From an uncultured Marinilabiliaceae bacterium (lineage in GTDB: Bacteria > Bacteroidota > Bacteroidia > Bacteroidales > Marinilabiliaceae): DNA of 64,000 bases. A model generated the notes under the pieces. The model was given only the letters and a program-made list of their open reading frames with translations, was not told the DNA's origin and searched no databases. Shown in pieces: positions 49,521 to 58,711 of the stretch. The stretch lies in contig CAZHOT010000018.1 of NCBI GenBank assembly GCA_964534235.1, positions 2,019-66,018 of the forward strand, read 5' to 3'. Position 1 is the stretch's first letter, and every line of letters starts with the position of its first letter. Position numbers and translations under genes: made by a program.

Positions 49521-50504
49521 TCACCTGAGCCGTAAGAGGGTGCCGACGGCGGGGCGCTCGTCGGCGCTCATGCCGTTGCGCCTCAGCAGTTTGCGGAGCT
49601 TTACGCCGTAGGAGTGGGCTATGCCCCACATGGTGTCGCCCTCCTTGACGGCATAGGTGGCGCAGTCGGGGTGGGCGCGGTTCTTCTTGGGCCTGAGGTA
49701 GACAAACTGCAAGTTGCCAATCTTGTCGCCCTGCTTGAGGTCGTTGTACTTATACAGCTCCCACTCCATGAGGTGGAACTCCGCCGCAATTGCGGCGAAC
49801 GTGTCTTCCGGGCCGACGTTGACGTAGCGGACGCCGTTGTTGAAGAAGACCTCGTGGGTCGGCATGGGGTTTATCTCGAAGATTGCGCTGCCGCGCACCT
49901 TGGGCCCGCGGAGCTTGGCGGGCCGGGCGCCGCCTCCCGGCACGGTTTCGCCGTCGCTCCCGGCGTCGGCCACGGCCTGGTGACCCTCGGCGGTGTCATA
50001 TTGGTGAAGCCCCTCCTCCTCAATTATCTTGATGAGGCGCTGCGCGTAGGTGCGCTCGGTGGCATATCCGCACTTCTTCAGCCCGTGGGCCCACCCCTCG
50101 TAGTCGGTGGGGCTGAGATTGAAAAGCTCTGCGTAGCGCGGCTTGGAGGTGAGAAAGTCGCTATGGTCGCGGAAACTCTCAGCGGCACTGTCGTAGCTGC
50201 GGAAACACTCGTCGCGCCGGTCGTCGTCCTTGTGCATCGTCTTGCCCGTCCAATCGGAGTGGCACTTGATGCCAAAGTGGTTGTTGGCCATGACGGCGAG
50301 GTCGGAGTTGCCGCAGTCGCTCTCCAAGATTCCCTGCGCCAGGGTTATGCTGGCGGGGATTCCCGTCCTGTTCATCTCGTCGACGGCCATGCCCTTGAAC
50401 TTGGCGACATATTGCCCCCTGTCGAGGCGTTGCGCAGACAGCCGCGGCGCCACAAGGAGGGCCGCCACGGCCATCACAGCCGAAAAACATCTATGCACTC
50501 TCAT
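49521..50504 (-). CDS. Glucosaminidase (GH73) with C-terminal LysM domains
   Basis: Contains ITLAQGILESDCGNSDLAVMANNHFGIKC and the LysM motifs VGPEDTFAAIAAEF and YAVKEGDTMWGIAHSYG. Confidence 0.88.
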   Translation of the reverse strand: MRVHRCFSAVMAVAALLVAPRLSAQRLDRGQYVAKFKGMAVDEMNRTGIPASITLAQGILESDCGNSDLAVMANNHFGIKCHSDWTGKTMHKDDDRRDECFRSYDSAAESFRDHSDFLTSKPRYAELFNLSPTDYEGWAHGLKKCGYATERTYAQRLIKIIEEEGLHQYDTAEGHQAVADAGSDGETVPGGGARPAKLRGPKVRGSAIFEINPMPTHEVFFNNGVRYVNVGPEDTFAAIAAEFHLMEWELYKYNDLKQGDKIGNLQFVYLRPKKNRAHPDCATYAVKEGDTMWGIAHSYGVKLRKLLRRNGMSADERPAVGTLLRLR

Positions 50505-50516
50505 ACGCTATGCATG

Positions 50517-51530
50517 TCAGAGGATGATGACGCGCGAGACGATGCGGCTCTCGGGCGTGGGCCCATAGTTCCTGCCGTCGCAAAGCAGGGTCCGGTCGTC
50601 GGCGAGCGTCATGTAGTAGTCGAGCTTGAAAACGTAGCGCCCCCCGCTCTCGGGGGTCAGCTCCCCGCCCTCGTAGAGGCGCACCAGGGGGCCGTAGAGC
50701 ATGACGTTGGCGTAGGTCAGCTCCAGGACGTCGCCCCGGCGCGGCATCCGCATGGGGCCCCAGTGGCAAGCGTTCCACAGGTATGCCACATTCCAAGGGT
50801 AGCAGCGGCTGTCGGCCTCGTTGGGGAAGAGGGGCGCATGGGTGCAGTGGCGCCCCCTGGCCTCGCGGAGCATGACGGGGAGCGTCTTGCGCCTGGCGGA
50901 GTCCGCCCCCGCCCGCCCGCGACTAGTCTCGACCTCGCGCATTTGGCGTACAGCCGAATAGGGGGCACGGCGGTGCAGGACATATTCCGCCACGACGCCG
51001 ACATTTTTGTCGGCAAGCTCGCCATTGACGAACAGCGCGCCGCTCTCCACCCGGACCGTATCGCCCGGCCTGGCCACGACCCTCTGCACCACCTTTCCGT
51101 CGGGGGTCTCGACAAGCGCGCGGTCTCCACGGCCGATGACGCCGAGCTTGTGGGTGCGGTAGTAGTCTTCGGGGCTGTCGGCTCGGCGCGCCACGCCATA
51201 TTTCATCTTGTTGACAAGACAGAGGCGCATGCCGTCGCCAGGCACAAAATATCGCCCCAGGGAGACGACAAAGAGCTGGACATAGAGAGCCGCCAAGCCG
51301 GCGAACGCGGCCGCCAGGCCCCACGACAGAAGCCCGCGCCGCAAAGGCGAGTGCCTCCCGACCCATGCGGACAGGCGCACGAAAGCGTCGGTGGAGACGT
51401 AGAGCCACACGGCGAGCGCCAGGGGAGCCAAAAGGGCATAGGCGCGGACCCACACGACGGCGAAGCCCACCACCACGGCCGCCGCCGCCCCCTTGACCAA
51501 ACGCCTAGAGTCCAACGCCCCCGCCGCCAT
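50517..51530 (-). CDS. S26 signal peptidase I paralog, apparently lacking the Ser/Lys catalytic dyad
   Basis: Has an N-terminal TM region and an S26-like core (VVQRVVARPGDTVRVESGALFVNGE). The Ser box reads PGDGMRLC instead of SSM/LE, and the Lys box reads QR instead of KR. ATG at 51530 chosen because the longer ORF overlaps lepB. Confidence 0.7.
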   Translation of the reverse strand: MAAGALDSRRLVKGAAAAVVVGFAVVWVRAYALLAPLALAVWLYVSTDAFVRLSAWVGRHSPLRRGLLSWGLAAAFAGLAALYVQLFVVSLGRYFVPGDGMRLCLVNKMKYGVARRADSPEDYYRTHKLGVIGRGDRALVETPDGKVVQRVVARPGDTVRVESGALFVNGELADKNVGVVAEYVLHRRAPYSAVRQMREVETSRGRAGADSARRKTLPVMLREARGRHCTHAPLFPNEADSRCYPWNVAYLWNACHWGPMRMPRRGDVLELTYANVMLYGPLVRLYEGGELTPESGGRYVFKLDYYMTLADDRTLLCDGRNYGPTPESRIVSRVIIL

Positions 51531-51552
51531 CAGCCCACTGCGCAGAAAGGGA

Positions 51553-53004
51553 CTACCGGCGGTCGAAGTCGGTCTTGAAACAGCGGTCCCACCGGATGTT
51601 GGCGGGGAAGCTCTTGTCGGGGTCGAGCGAGAGCCACACGAAGAGCGGCCGTCCGATGACATGGTCCTCGGGGACGAAGCCCCAATAGCGCGAGTCGGCG
51701 GACTTGTGGCGGTTGTCGCCCATCATGAAGAAATAGTCCATGGCGAACGTGTAGGTCTCGGTCTCTACGCCGTCGACGAAGACCCTGCCGCCGGCGACAT
51801 CGAGGCTATGGCCCTCGTAGGCCGTTATGACCCTCTCGTAGAGCAGGGCGTTCTGCGGTGTGAGCCGCAGCTGCGCCCCCCGTTTGGGAATCCATAGGGG
51901 GCCGAAGTTGTCGCGGCTCCACGGGTAGTCGGGGCTGTAGGGGAAGACGCTTAGGCCGAGCGAGTCGGGCGCGTCCTCGTCTTGGACGATGCTCTTGACC
52001 GTCGGCATCTGGGCCACCGCCTCGGCTTTCTCTCTCGTCAGCGGGATCACGTATGTGGGGCCGAGCCCCGCCGCCCGCCTGTCCTCTCCGGAGATGCCGA
52101 GGTTCTCGAAGAACCTCTCGTTGAGCATTTGGCCCTTGGTTGTGACGTAGTAGTTGTGCTGCACGTCGGGGTAGTCCTCTTCCAAGACTCCGTTGATGTA
52201 TAGTACGTTGTGGACAATGGAGAGAGTGTCGCCCGGCATCCCCACGCACCTTTTGACGTAGCAGTCGCGCCGGTCTACGGGCCTGCTGACGATATGGCTG
52301 AGTGGCGACGACGGCTGCCGGACGGCCGAGCGGCCGCGCTCCATGACGTAGTGGTTCCGCTCCCACGCCGTCGGCATGGCGCGGAGCAGCTCCTGCGCCT
52401 TGGCGTCTTGCGCCACGATGTTGAAGCCGCGGATGAGGACTATGGAGTAGTAGTCGGGGTTCGTCATGTTGACGCACACCGTGTCGCCCGCCGGGAAGTT
52501 GAAGACGACGATGTCGCCGCGGCGCATGGTGTCCGTCCCGGCGAGGCGGTGGTAGTCCCACATGGGCCACTCCAGGTAGGAGGGCGTGGCGGTGGTGAAC
52601 GGCAGGGTGTTCTGCACGAGCGGCAAGCCCAGGGGGGTGTTGGGCATCCGCGGGCCGTAGTTGTATTTGCTGACGCAAAGATGGTCGCCGACGAGCAGGG
52701 ACTTCTCCAGCGAGGATGTCGGAATCTTATAGTTCTGGAAGAGGAAGATGTTGAGCAGGTAGACCGCCACGAGCGCGAAGACTATGGCGTCGATCCACTC
52801 GACGACGGCCGACGGCTTTCGCCCGTCTTTCCTCTTCTTCCAAAAGCCCCAGGGGACGACCTGCGAGGAGTATACGTCGAAGACGACCGGCAGGAGGAGC
52901 AGCAGCCACGCGTTGGTGGTCCACAGCACGACGAGCAGGAAGGTCAGGACCAGGAGCGCGGTCTTGACCCAATCGATGGCGGGAACTCTCTTGAGGCTTC
53001 TCAT
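51553..53004 (-). CDS. lepB: Signal peptidase I
   Basis: Contains IPTSSLEKSLLVGDHL (Ser box), YVKRCVGMPGD (Lys box) and FFMMGDNRHKSADSRYWGFVPEDHVIGRP. Confidence 0.93.
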   Translation of the reverse strand: MRSLKRVPAIDWVKTALLVLTFLLVVLWTTNAWLLLLLPVVFDVYSSQVVPWGFWKKRKDGRKPSAVVEWIDAIVFALVAVYLLNIFLFQNYKIPTSSLEKSLLVGDHLCVSKYNYGPRMPNTPLGLPLVQNTLPFTTATPSYLEWPMWDYHRLAGTDTMRRGDIVVFNFPAGDTVCVNMTNPDYYSIVLIRGFNIVAQDAKAQELLRAMPTAWERNHYVMERGRSAVRQPSSPLSHIVSRPVDRRDCYVKRCVGMPGDTLSIVHNVLYINGVLEEDYPDVQHNYYVTTKGQMLNERFFENLGISGEDRRAAGLGPTYVIPLTREKAEAVAQMPTVKSIVQDEDAPDSLGLSVFPYSPDYPWSRDNFGPLWIPKRGAQLRLTPQNALLYERVITAYEGHSLDVAGGRVFVDGVETETYTFAMDYFFMMGDNRHKSADSRYWGFVPEDHVIGRPLFVWLSLDPDKSFPANIRWDRCFKTDFDRR

Positions 53005-53005
53005 C

Positions 53006-53767
53006 TCAGAATCCGAGCATATCTTTCATTGTGAGGAAGCCGCTCTTGCCTGCCGTGAACTCTGCGGCCAAGACGGCGCCGAGCGCGAGCCCCCTCCGGC
53101 TCTTGGCGCTGTGGCGAATCTCAATCTCGTCGTCGTCGCTCTCGTAGCGCACGACGTGGACGCCCGGCACCTCGCCCTCGCGCACCGACGTTATGGGCAT
53201 CCGCCCATCGGGGACAGTGGCGTTCGCCACCTCGTCGGGACGGTCTCCGGCGGCGAAAATCGTCTTGTCGGGCATCCACCCGTCGAGCCTGTCTATAACC
53301 CCGACCACGTCCTCGGCCAGGCTTATGGCCGTCCCGCTCGGGGCGTCGAGCTTGTGGACGTGGTGCGTCTCGCGCATGGAGGGCCTGTAGGCGTCGAAGC
53401 GGTTCATGAGCCGCGCGAGCTGCCTGTTGAGCTCGAAGAAGATGTTGACCCCGAGGCTGTAGTTCGACGAGTAGAAGAGCGTCGCCTCGCCGGCGTCGCA
53501 CATGGCGCGGACCTCGCCCATCTTGTCTAGCCAGCCCGTGGTGCCGCTGACGACGGGCTTTCTCCTCTCGAAGCACTTCTTGAAATTGCCTACGGCCGTC
53601 CCGGGCGTTGTGAACTCGATTGCCACGTCGGCCTGGCGGAACCCATCGCTGTCGAACGAGCCGGGGAGTCCGAGGTCTATAATCTCCGAAATCTGATGCC
53701 CGCGGCTTTTGGCAATGTCCTCTATGGCCTTGCCCATCTTGCCGTGGCCTATGATTGCTATCTTCAT
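53006..53767 (-). CDS. dapB: 4-hydroxy-tetrahydrodipicolinate reductase
   Basis: Contains MKIAIIGHGKMGKAI, VVSGTTGW and ETHHVHKLDAPSGTA. Start at 53767; the 463-aa track ORF is an upstream shadow extension. Confidence 0.93.
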   Translation of the reverse strand: MKIAIIGHGKMGKAIEDIAKSRGHQISEIIDLGLPGSFDSDGFRQADVAIEFTTPGTAVGNFKKCFERRKPVVSGTTGWLDKMGEVRAMCDAGEATLFYSSNYSLGVNIFFELNRQLARLMNRFDAYRPSMRETHHVHKLDAPSGTAISLAEDVVGVIDRLDGWMPDKTIFAAGDRPDEVANATVPDGRMPITSVREGEVPGVHVVRYESDDDEIEIRHSAKSRRGLALGAVLAAEFTAGKSGFLTMKDMLGF

Positions 53768-53820
53768 CTTTGCTGTTTCCTTGTGGTCTGCGAATTTAAG
53801 AAAAAAAGGGGGGCGGGCAA

Positions 53821-54747
53821 TCAGGCCGTGACCAAGTGGAACAGGTATCCCCCGTAGGCGGCCGCCATGACGGCGCCCTCCCACCGGCTGACGGTGCGCT
53901 TGGTGTAGCAGAACATCCACAGCAAGAAGCCCGAGAGGACCAGCACGCCCATGTCCGCAGCCGTCACTCCGCCGATGCGCATGGGCGAGACGACGCCCGT
54001 CAGCCCGAGAATCATGAGGATGTTGAAGACGTTGCTCCCGATGACATTTCCTATGGCGATGTCGCTGTTGCCCTTGCGCGCCGCCACGATGCTCGTGGCG
54101 AGCTCGGGGAGCGAGGTGCCGCCGGCCACGATGGTGAGCCCTATCAGCGCGTCGGAGACGCCCATGGAGCGCGCCACTCCCGACGCCCCGTCGACAAAGA
54201 TGTCCCCTCCGAAGATGAGTGCGGCGAGGCCCGCGACGACGAAGAGCGCCGACTTCCACAACGGCATGGGCGGCGAAGCCGGGGCGTCCGCACTGGCCGC
54301 CCCCCGCATGCCCTGGCGGACGGTGTGGGCCATGTAGGCGACGAAGCCCGCCATGAGCACGGCCGCGTCGAGCCGCCCGATCTCGCCGTCGATGCACAAG
54401 GCGGCGAAGACGAGCGACGCCACGATGGAGATAGGCAAGTCGCGCCTCACGGTGTCGCGCCCTATGGATATGGGGCAGACCACGGCCGAGACGCCGGCGA
54501 TGACCAGGACGTTGAAGATGTTGCTCCCGACGATGTTGCCCACGGCCATGTCGGGGGTGTCGTTGAGGGCGGACATGAGGCTGACGAAGAGCTCGGGGGC
54601 CGAGGTGCCGATGGAGACGATGGTGAGCCCGATGACGATTTGCGGCACGCGCAGCCTCTCGGCGACCCCCACGGCCCCGCCCGTGAGCTTCGACGCGCCC
54701 CAGATGACAAGCACGACGCCCGCCACGACGAGAAGGATGTCAATCAC
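53821..54747 (-). CDS. Calcium/sodium antiporter (CaCA family, YrbG-like)
   Basis: Two alpha-repeats are present: GTSAPELFVS...GNIVGSNIFNVL and GTSLPELATS...GNVIGSNVFNIL. Confidence 0.9.
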   Translation of the reverse strand: MIDILLVVAGVVLVIWGASKLTGGAVGVAERLRVPQIVIGLTIVSIGTSAPELFVSLMSALNDTPDMAVGNIVGSNIFNVLVIAGVSAVVCPISIGRDTVRRDLPISIVASLVFAALCIDGEIGRLDAAVLMAGFVAYMAHTVRQGMRGAASADAPASPPMPLWKSALFVVAGLAALIFGGDIFVDGASGVARSMGVSDALIGLTIVAGGTSLPELATSIVAARKGNSDIAIGNVIGSNVFNILMILGLTGVVSPMRIGGVTAADMGVLVLSGFLLWMFCYTKRTVSRWEGAVMAAAYGGYLFHLVTA

Positions 54748-54885
54748 TGCTAGAAACGAGTTTGAAGAACGTTTGAAAAGTCTTGCTGGGCCTCAAAAGG
54801 CGGGGAGGCCACGCCCCCGGGGAGCGCCACCCCCGCGCTCCCGCCGGCATCGCCTCCCGCCGAAAAGGCCCCGACGCCCGCCGGG

Positions 54886-56025
54886 CTAGTCGAGGAGCTC
54901 GCCAATCTTGTCGGCGAGCTCCTGCCCCCTGAGGTTCTTGGCCACAATCGTGCCCTGCTGGTCGATGAGGAAGCTGCTGGGGATGGCCTCGACGGAGTAG
55001 CTCCGCGAGGCCTCGTTCTGCCAGCCTCTCAGGTCGGAGACCTGCGGCCACGTCATGTTCATCTTCTCGACGGCGGCGAGCCACGGCTCGCGGCTGTCGT
55101 CGAGCGAGACGCCGAGAATCTCCAGCCCCTTGGCCTTATAGAGCCCGTAGGCCTTGACTAGCGTGGGCATCTCGGCCCGGCACGGCCCGCACCACGACGC
55201 CCAGAAGTCCACGAGCGTCAGCTTGTTGGCCGCCACGATGTCTGCCAGGCGGATGGGGTTGCCGTCCTTGTCGCCTTGCGTGAAGTCTGTGAACTTGCTG
55301 CCCGGGTTGGTCTTGGCCTCGCGCGCCGCCTTGTCCTTGACCCTGACGTAGTTGGGCATGGGCAGGGCGTAGGGCGCGTGCTTGTCCATTCGGGCAATGA
55401 TGTCGGCCCGGACGGAGTCCTCAAGCGCCGCGTCGACATATCCGAGCATGATGTCGCTGAAGACCGACGGGATGTTGTCGGTGATGTATGCCACGTATGT
55501 CGCCACGAGCTCGTTGTAGAGCCTGTCGGCCTTTCTGTTGGCCTCGGCCTTGGCTTCGGGCGAGGCGGCGGAGTCGCCGAGCATGTCGAAACTCTCCTGC
55601 ATGTCGGCCTGGAAGGCGTTGACCTTGACCACGAGCTCCGACCACAGCTCGTTGGCCTTGTTGCCCGAGAAGACGGGCCTGCCCTCCTGGCTGTTCGGCA
55701 GCTCGACGTCCACCGAGCCACCCGGCTCGACAAGCACCTCGAACGCCGCCGCCGGGGCGCCGTCGACGATAGGCACGATGTGGGCCAGGAATCCCCCCTG
55801 CTTGGCGTCGGCGCGGAGCGTGAACGTCTTGCCGCCTCCCAAGACGGCGGTGTCGATGCCGTTGACGCCGAAGCGGTTGGTCAGCGTGCCGAGGACTACG
55901 GTGTCGGCGCGCTCCCACCCCACGGCCTTTCCGTTGATGGTGAACTCCGTAGGGCTGCCGCCCGGCCCGGCACAACCCGTCAGCGCAGCCCCCAGGGCCA
56001 GAATTAAACTCTTCTTCATATGCAT
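54886..56025 (-). CDS. TlpA/ResA-family thiol-disulfide oxidoreductase lipoprotein
   Basis: The lipobox is LGAALTGC. The thioredoxin fold has LVDFWASWCGPCRAEMP. ATG at 56025 or 56019 preferred over 56100. Confidence 0.88.
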   Translation of the reverse strand: MHMKKSLILALGAALTGCAGPGGSPTEFTINGKAVGWERADTVVLGTLTNRFGVNGIDTAVLGGGKTFTLRADAKQGGFLAHIVPIVDGAPAAAFEVLVEPGGSVDVELPNSQEGRPVFSGNKANELWSELVVKVNAFQADMQESFDMLGDSAASPEAKAEANRKADRLYNELVATYVAYITDNIPSVFSDIMLGYVDAALEDSVRADIIARMDKHAPYALPMPNYVRVKDKAAREAKTNPGSKFTDFTQGDKDGNPIRLADIVAANKLTLVDFWASWCGPCRAEMPTLVKAYGLYKAKGLEILGVSLDDSREPWLAAVEKMNMTWPQVSDLRGWQNEASRSYSVEAIPSSFLIDQQGTIVAKNLRGQELADKIGELLD

Positions 56026-56132
56026 ATATGTTTGAAAAAGTAAGCTATCGGGAAGAATGGAAATCGCCCGCCTCGGACACAGAGACCCGGGGGGCGACAT
56101 TGGCTTTCCGTTTCGAGCACCGCTCGGCTCGC

Positions 56133-56408
56133 CTAGAGGCTGTCCTCAAGCTCGCTGCCGGCCTTGAACTTGACAACCCTCTTGGCGGGGATGACAATCT
56201 CCTCCTTGGTGCGGGGGTTGCGCCCCTTGCGCTCTCCCCTCTCGGAGACGCTGAAGGTGCCGAAGCCGACGAGGGCGAGCTTGCCGTCGTTCTTGTCTTT
56301 GAGGACTTCTGCCGTGGCCTCGATGACGGCGTCGAGGGCCTTCTTGGAGTCTGCCTTGGTCAGACCGGACTTTTCTGCAATCTTGTCGATTAGCTGTGTC
56401 TTGTTCAT
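56133..56408 (-). CDS. hup: HU family DNA-binding protein
   Basis: Contains MNKTQLIDKIAEKSGLTKADSKKALDAV...GFGTFSVSERGERKGRNPRT. A TATATTTG box lies upstream at 56470-56477 (minus). Confidence 0.93.
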   Translation of the reverse strand: MNKTQLIDKIAEKSGLTKADSKKALDAVIEATAEVLKDKNDGKLALVGFGTFSVSERGERKGRNPRTKEEIVIPAKRVVKFKAGSELEDSL

Positions 56409-56691
56409 TTCAATAAGTTTTGTACGTTTTGCTAGAGGGTCTTGTGCATGCACCGCATTCCACGGCGCAAATATAAGTCTTTAAAACAACTACGCAACAT
56501 TGTCGTGCGGATATAATCTGTAGATTTCCGCCACTGCCCCCCGCGACGGGCCGCCGGCAAAAGGGGCGGGACGGAGCGGCCGCCGCCGGCGCACGTCAAG
56601 GAAACGCCCCGCCGGGCGCGCAACACGCAATAATTGAGTATTTTTGCGCCGTCATTTTCAGGGAACAACATAAACACACGATAGCAGAAAG

Positions 56692-58167
56692 ATGCCAAAG
56701 GAACTGACTCCACGGGCCGAGAACTACTCGCAGTGGTACAACGATTTGGTCGTCAAAGCCGACCTTGCCGAGAACTCTGCCGTGCGCGGCTGCATGGTGA
56801 TAAAGCCCTACGGCTACGCCATATGGGAGAAGATGCAGCGCGCCCTCGACGACATGTTCAAGGCGACGGGCCACCAAAACGCCTACTTCCCCATCTTCAT
56901 CCCGAAGTCTTTCTTCAGCCGCGAGGCGGACCACGTCAAGGGCTTCGCCAAGGAGTGCGCCGTCGTGACGCACTACCGCCTGCGCTCGACGGAAGACGGC
57001 TCGGCCGTGGAGGTGGACCCCTCGGCCAAGCTGGAGGAGGAGCTCATCGTCCGCCCGACGTCGGAGACAATCATATGGAACACCTACAAGAACTGGATTC
57101 AGAGCTACCGCGACCTGCCCATCCTCTGCAACCAGTGGGCCAACGTGGTGCGGTGGGAGATGCGGACCCGCCTGTTCCTGCGGACCGCCGAGTTCTTGTG
57201 GCAGGAGGGCCACACTGCCCACGAGACGCGCGAGGAGGCCGAGGCCGAGGCCCGGCGGATGCTCGACGTCTACGCCGACTTTGCCGAGAACCACATGGGC
57301 GTCCCCGTCGTGCGCGGCGTCAAGACAGCCAACGAGCGTTTCGCCGGGGCCCTGGACACCTACACCATCGAGGCCCTCATGCAAGACGGCAAGGCGTTGC
57401 AGAGCGGCACCTCGCACTTCCTGGGGCAGAACTTCGCCAAGGCATTCGACGTGACGTTCATGAGCCGCGAGGGCAAGAGCGACTACGTCTGGGCCACGTC
57501 GTGGGGCGTCTCGACGCGCCTGATGGGCGCCCTCATCATGGCCCACTCCGACGACAACGGCCTCGTCCTGCCCCCGCGCCTGGCGCCGACGCAGGTCGTG
57601 ATTGTCCCCGTATATAAGAAAGAGGAGGAGCGCGCCGCCATAGCCGCCAAGGCCGACGAGATTGTGGCGCGCCTGCGCGCCAGGGGCATAAGCGTGCTGT
57701 TCGACAACAACGACAAGAAGAAGCCCGGGTGGAAGTTCGCCGAGTATGAGCTCAAGGGCTTCCCCATCCGCATAGCCCTGGGCCCGCGCGACCTGGCCAA
57801 GAACGAGGGCGAGGTGCACCGCCGCGACACCATGGAGAAGATGCAGATGAGCCTCGACGGCATCGAGGAGCGGCTGGCGGCCCTGCTCGACGAGATGCAG
57901 GCCAACATCTTCGCCAAGGCCAAGGCCTACCGCGACTCCCACATAACGCGCGTCGAGACCTACGACGAGTTCAAGGAGGTCCTCCAGGGCAAGGGCGGCT
58001 TCGTCTCGGCCCACTGGGACGGGACGACCGAGACCGAGGTCCGCATCAAGGAGGAGACCAAGGCCACAATCCGCTGCATCCCGCTAGACAGCGAGCCGGA
58101 AGAGGGCCGGTGCATCTTGACGGGCAAGCCGTCGCACAGGCGCGTCCTCTTCGCGGTGTCTTACTGA
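56692..58167 (+). CDS. proS: Proline--tRNA ligase (archaeal/eukaryote-like type)
   Basis: 491 aa. Contains [16 protein letters not shown] and class II aaRS motifs. A TATTTTTG box lies about 50 nt upstream. Confidence 0.96.
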   Translation: MPKELTPRAENYSQWYNDLVVKADLAENSAVRGCMVIKPYGYAIWEKMQRALDDMFKATGHQNAYFPIFIPKSFFSREADHVKGFAKECAVVTHYRLRSTEDGSAVEVDPSAKLEEELIVRPTSETIIWNTYKNWIQSYRDLPILCNQWANVVRWEMRTRLFLRTAEFLWQEGHTAHETREEAEAEARRMLDVYADFAENHMGVPVVRGVKTANERFAGALDTYTIEALMQDGKALQSGTSHFLGQNFAKAFDVTFMSREGKSDYVWATSWGVSTRLMGALIMAHSDDNGLVLPPRLAPTQVVIVPVYKKEEERAAIAAKADEIVARLRARGISVLFDNNDKKKPGWKFAEYELKGFPIRIALGPRDLAKNEGEVHRRDTMEKMQMSLDGIEERLAALLDEMQANIFAKAKAYRDSHITRVETYDEFKEVLQGKGGFVSAHWDGTTETEVRIKEETKATIRCIPLDSEPEEGRCILTGKPSHRRVLFAVSY

Positions 58168-58191
58168 CGCCACCCACACGGACAAAGGACA

Positions 58192-58235
58192 GCCGGGCGG
58201 GCATCCCACAGACGTTGGGATGCCCGCCGGGCTTT
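58192..58235 (+). terminator. Rho-independent terminator of proS
   Basis: A 17-bp stem GCCGGGCGGGCATCCCA/TGGGATGCCCGCCGGGC (one mismatch) with a 7-nt loop is followed by TTT. Confidence 0.7.
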
Positions 58236-58259
58236 AACCACACAAAAAAAATCATCCGC

Positions 58260-58628
58260 ATGAAAGCTCTTTGGACAATCTTGCTCCTCATAGTCTCGAA
58301 CAGTTTCATGACCATGGCGTGGTACGGCCACCTGCGCCTGAGCCAGACGAAGTGGGGCGGCGGCCTCCCCATTGTCGGCGTGATCCTGATCAGCTGGGGG
58401 ATAGCCCTCTTTGAATATTGCTGCCAGGTGCCGGCCAACCGCATGGGCTACGCTGGCAACGGCGGCCCGTTCTCCCTTGTCGAGCTCAAGGTCATCCAGG
58501 AGGTGGTCTCGCTCTCGGTCTTCACGCTCTTCACCCTCGTCTTCTTCCGCGGCGAGACGCTGCGCCCCAACCATCTGATAGCGTTCGTCTTCCTCGTCCT
58601 GGCCGTGTACTTCATGTTCAAGAAATGA
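58260..58628 (+). CDS. DMT family small membrane protein (DUF486)
   Basis: MKALWTILLLIVSNSFMTMAWYGHLR...LFEYCCQVPANR...VELKVIQEV matches the DUF486 pattern. ATG at 58260. Confidence 0.85.
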   Translation: MKALWTILLLIVSNSFMTMAWYGHLRLSQTKWGGGLPIVGVILISWGIALFEYCCQVPANRMGYAGNGGPFSLVELKVIQEVVSLSVFTLFTLVFFRGETLRPNHLIAFVFLVLAVYFMFKK

Positions 58629-58711
58629 GCGAATCCCCCCGGGGGCAGGACGCTCCCGGGGGGACAATCGTTCTTGAGCGATGTGTCTGAAGTGATGCAG
58701 CGCAACCGGCG

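Noticed and set aside
54795-54866. A nested GC-rich imperfect hairpin between the TlpA gene and the antiporter gene, considered as a terminator.
   Set aside because: It is plausible (outer GGCGGGGAGG/CCTCCCGCC, inner GGGAGCGC/GCGCTCCC, followed on the minus strand by CCTTTTG). However, the stems contain an indel and the T-tract is short, so I left it uncalled.
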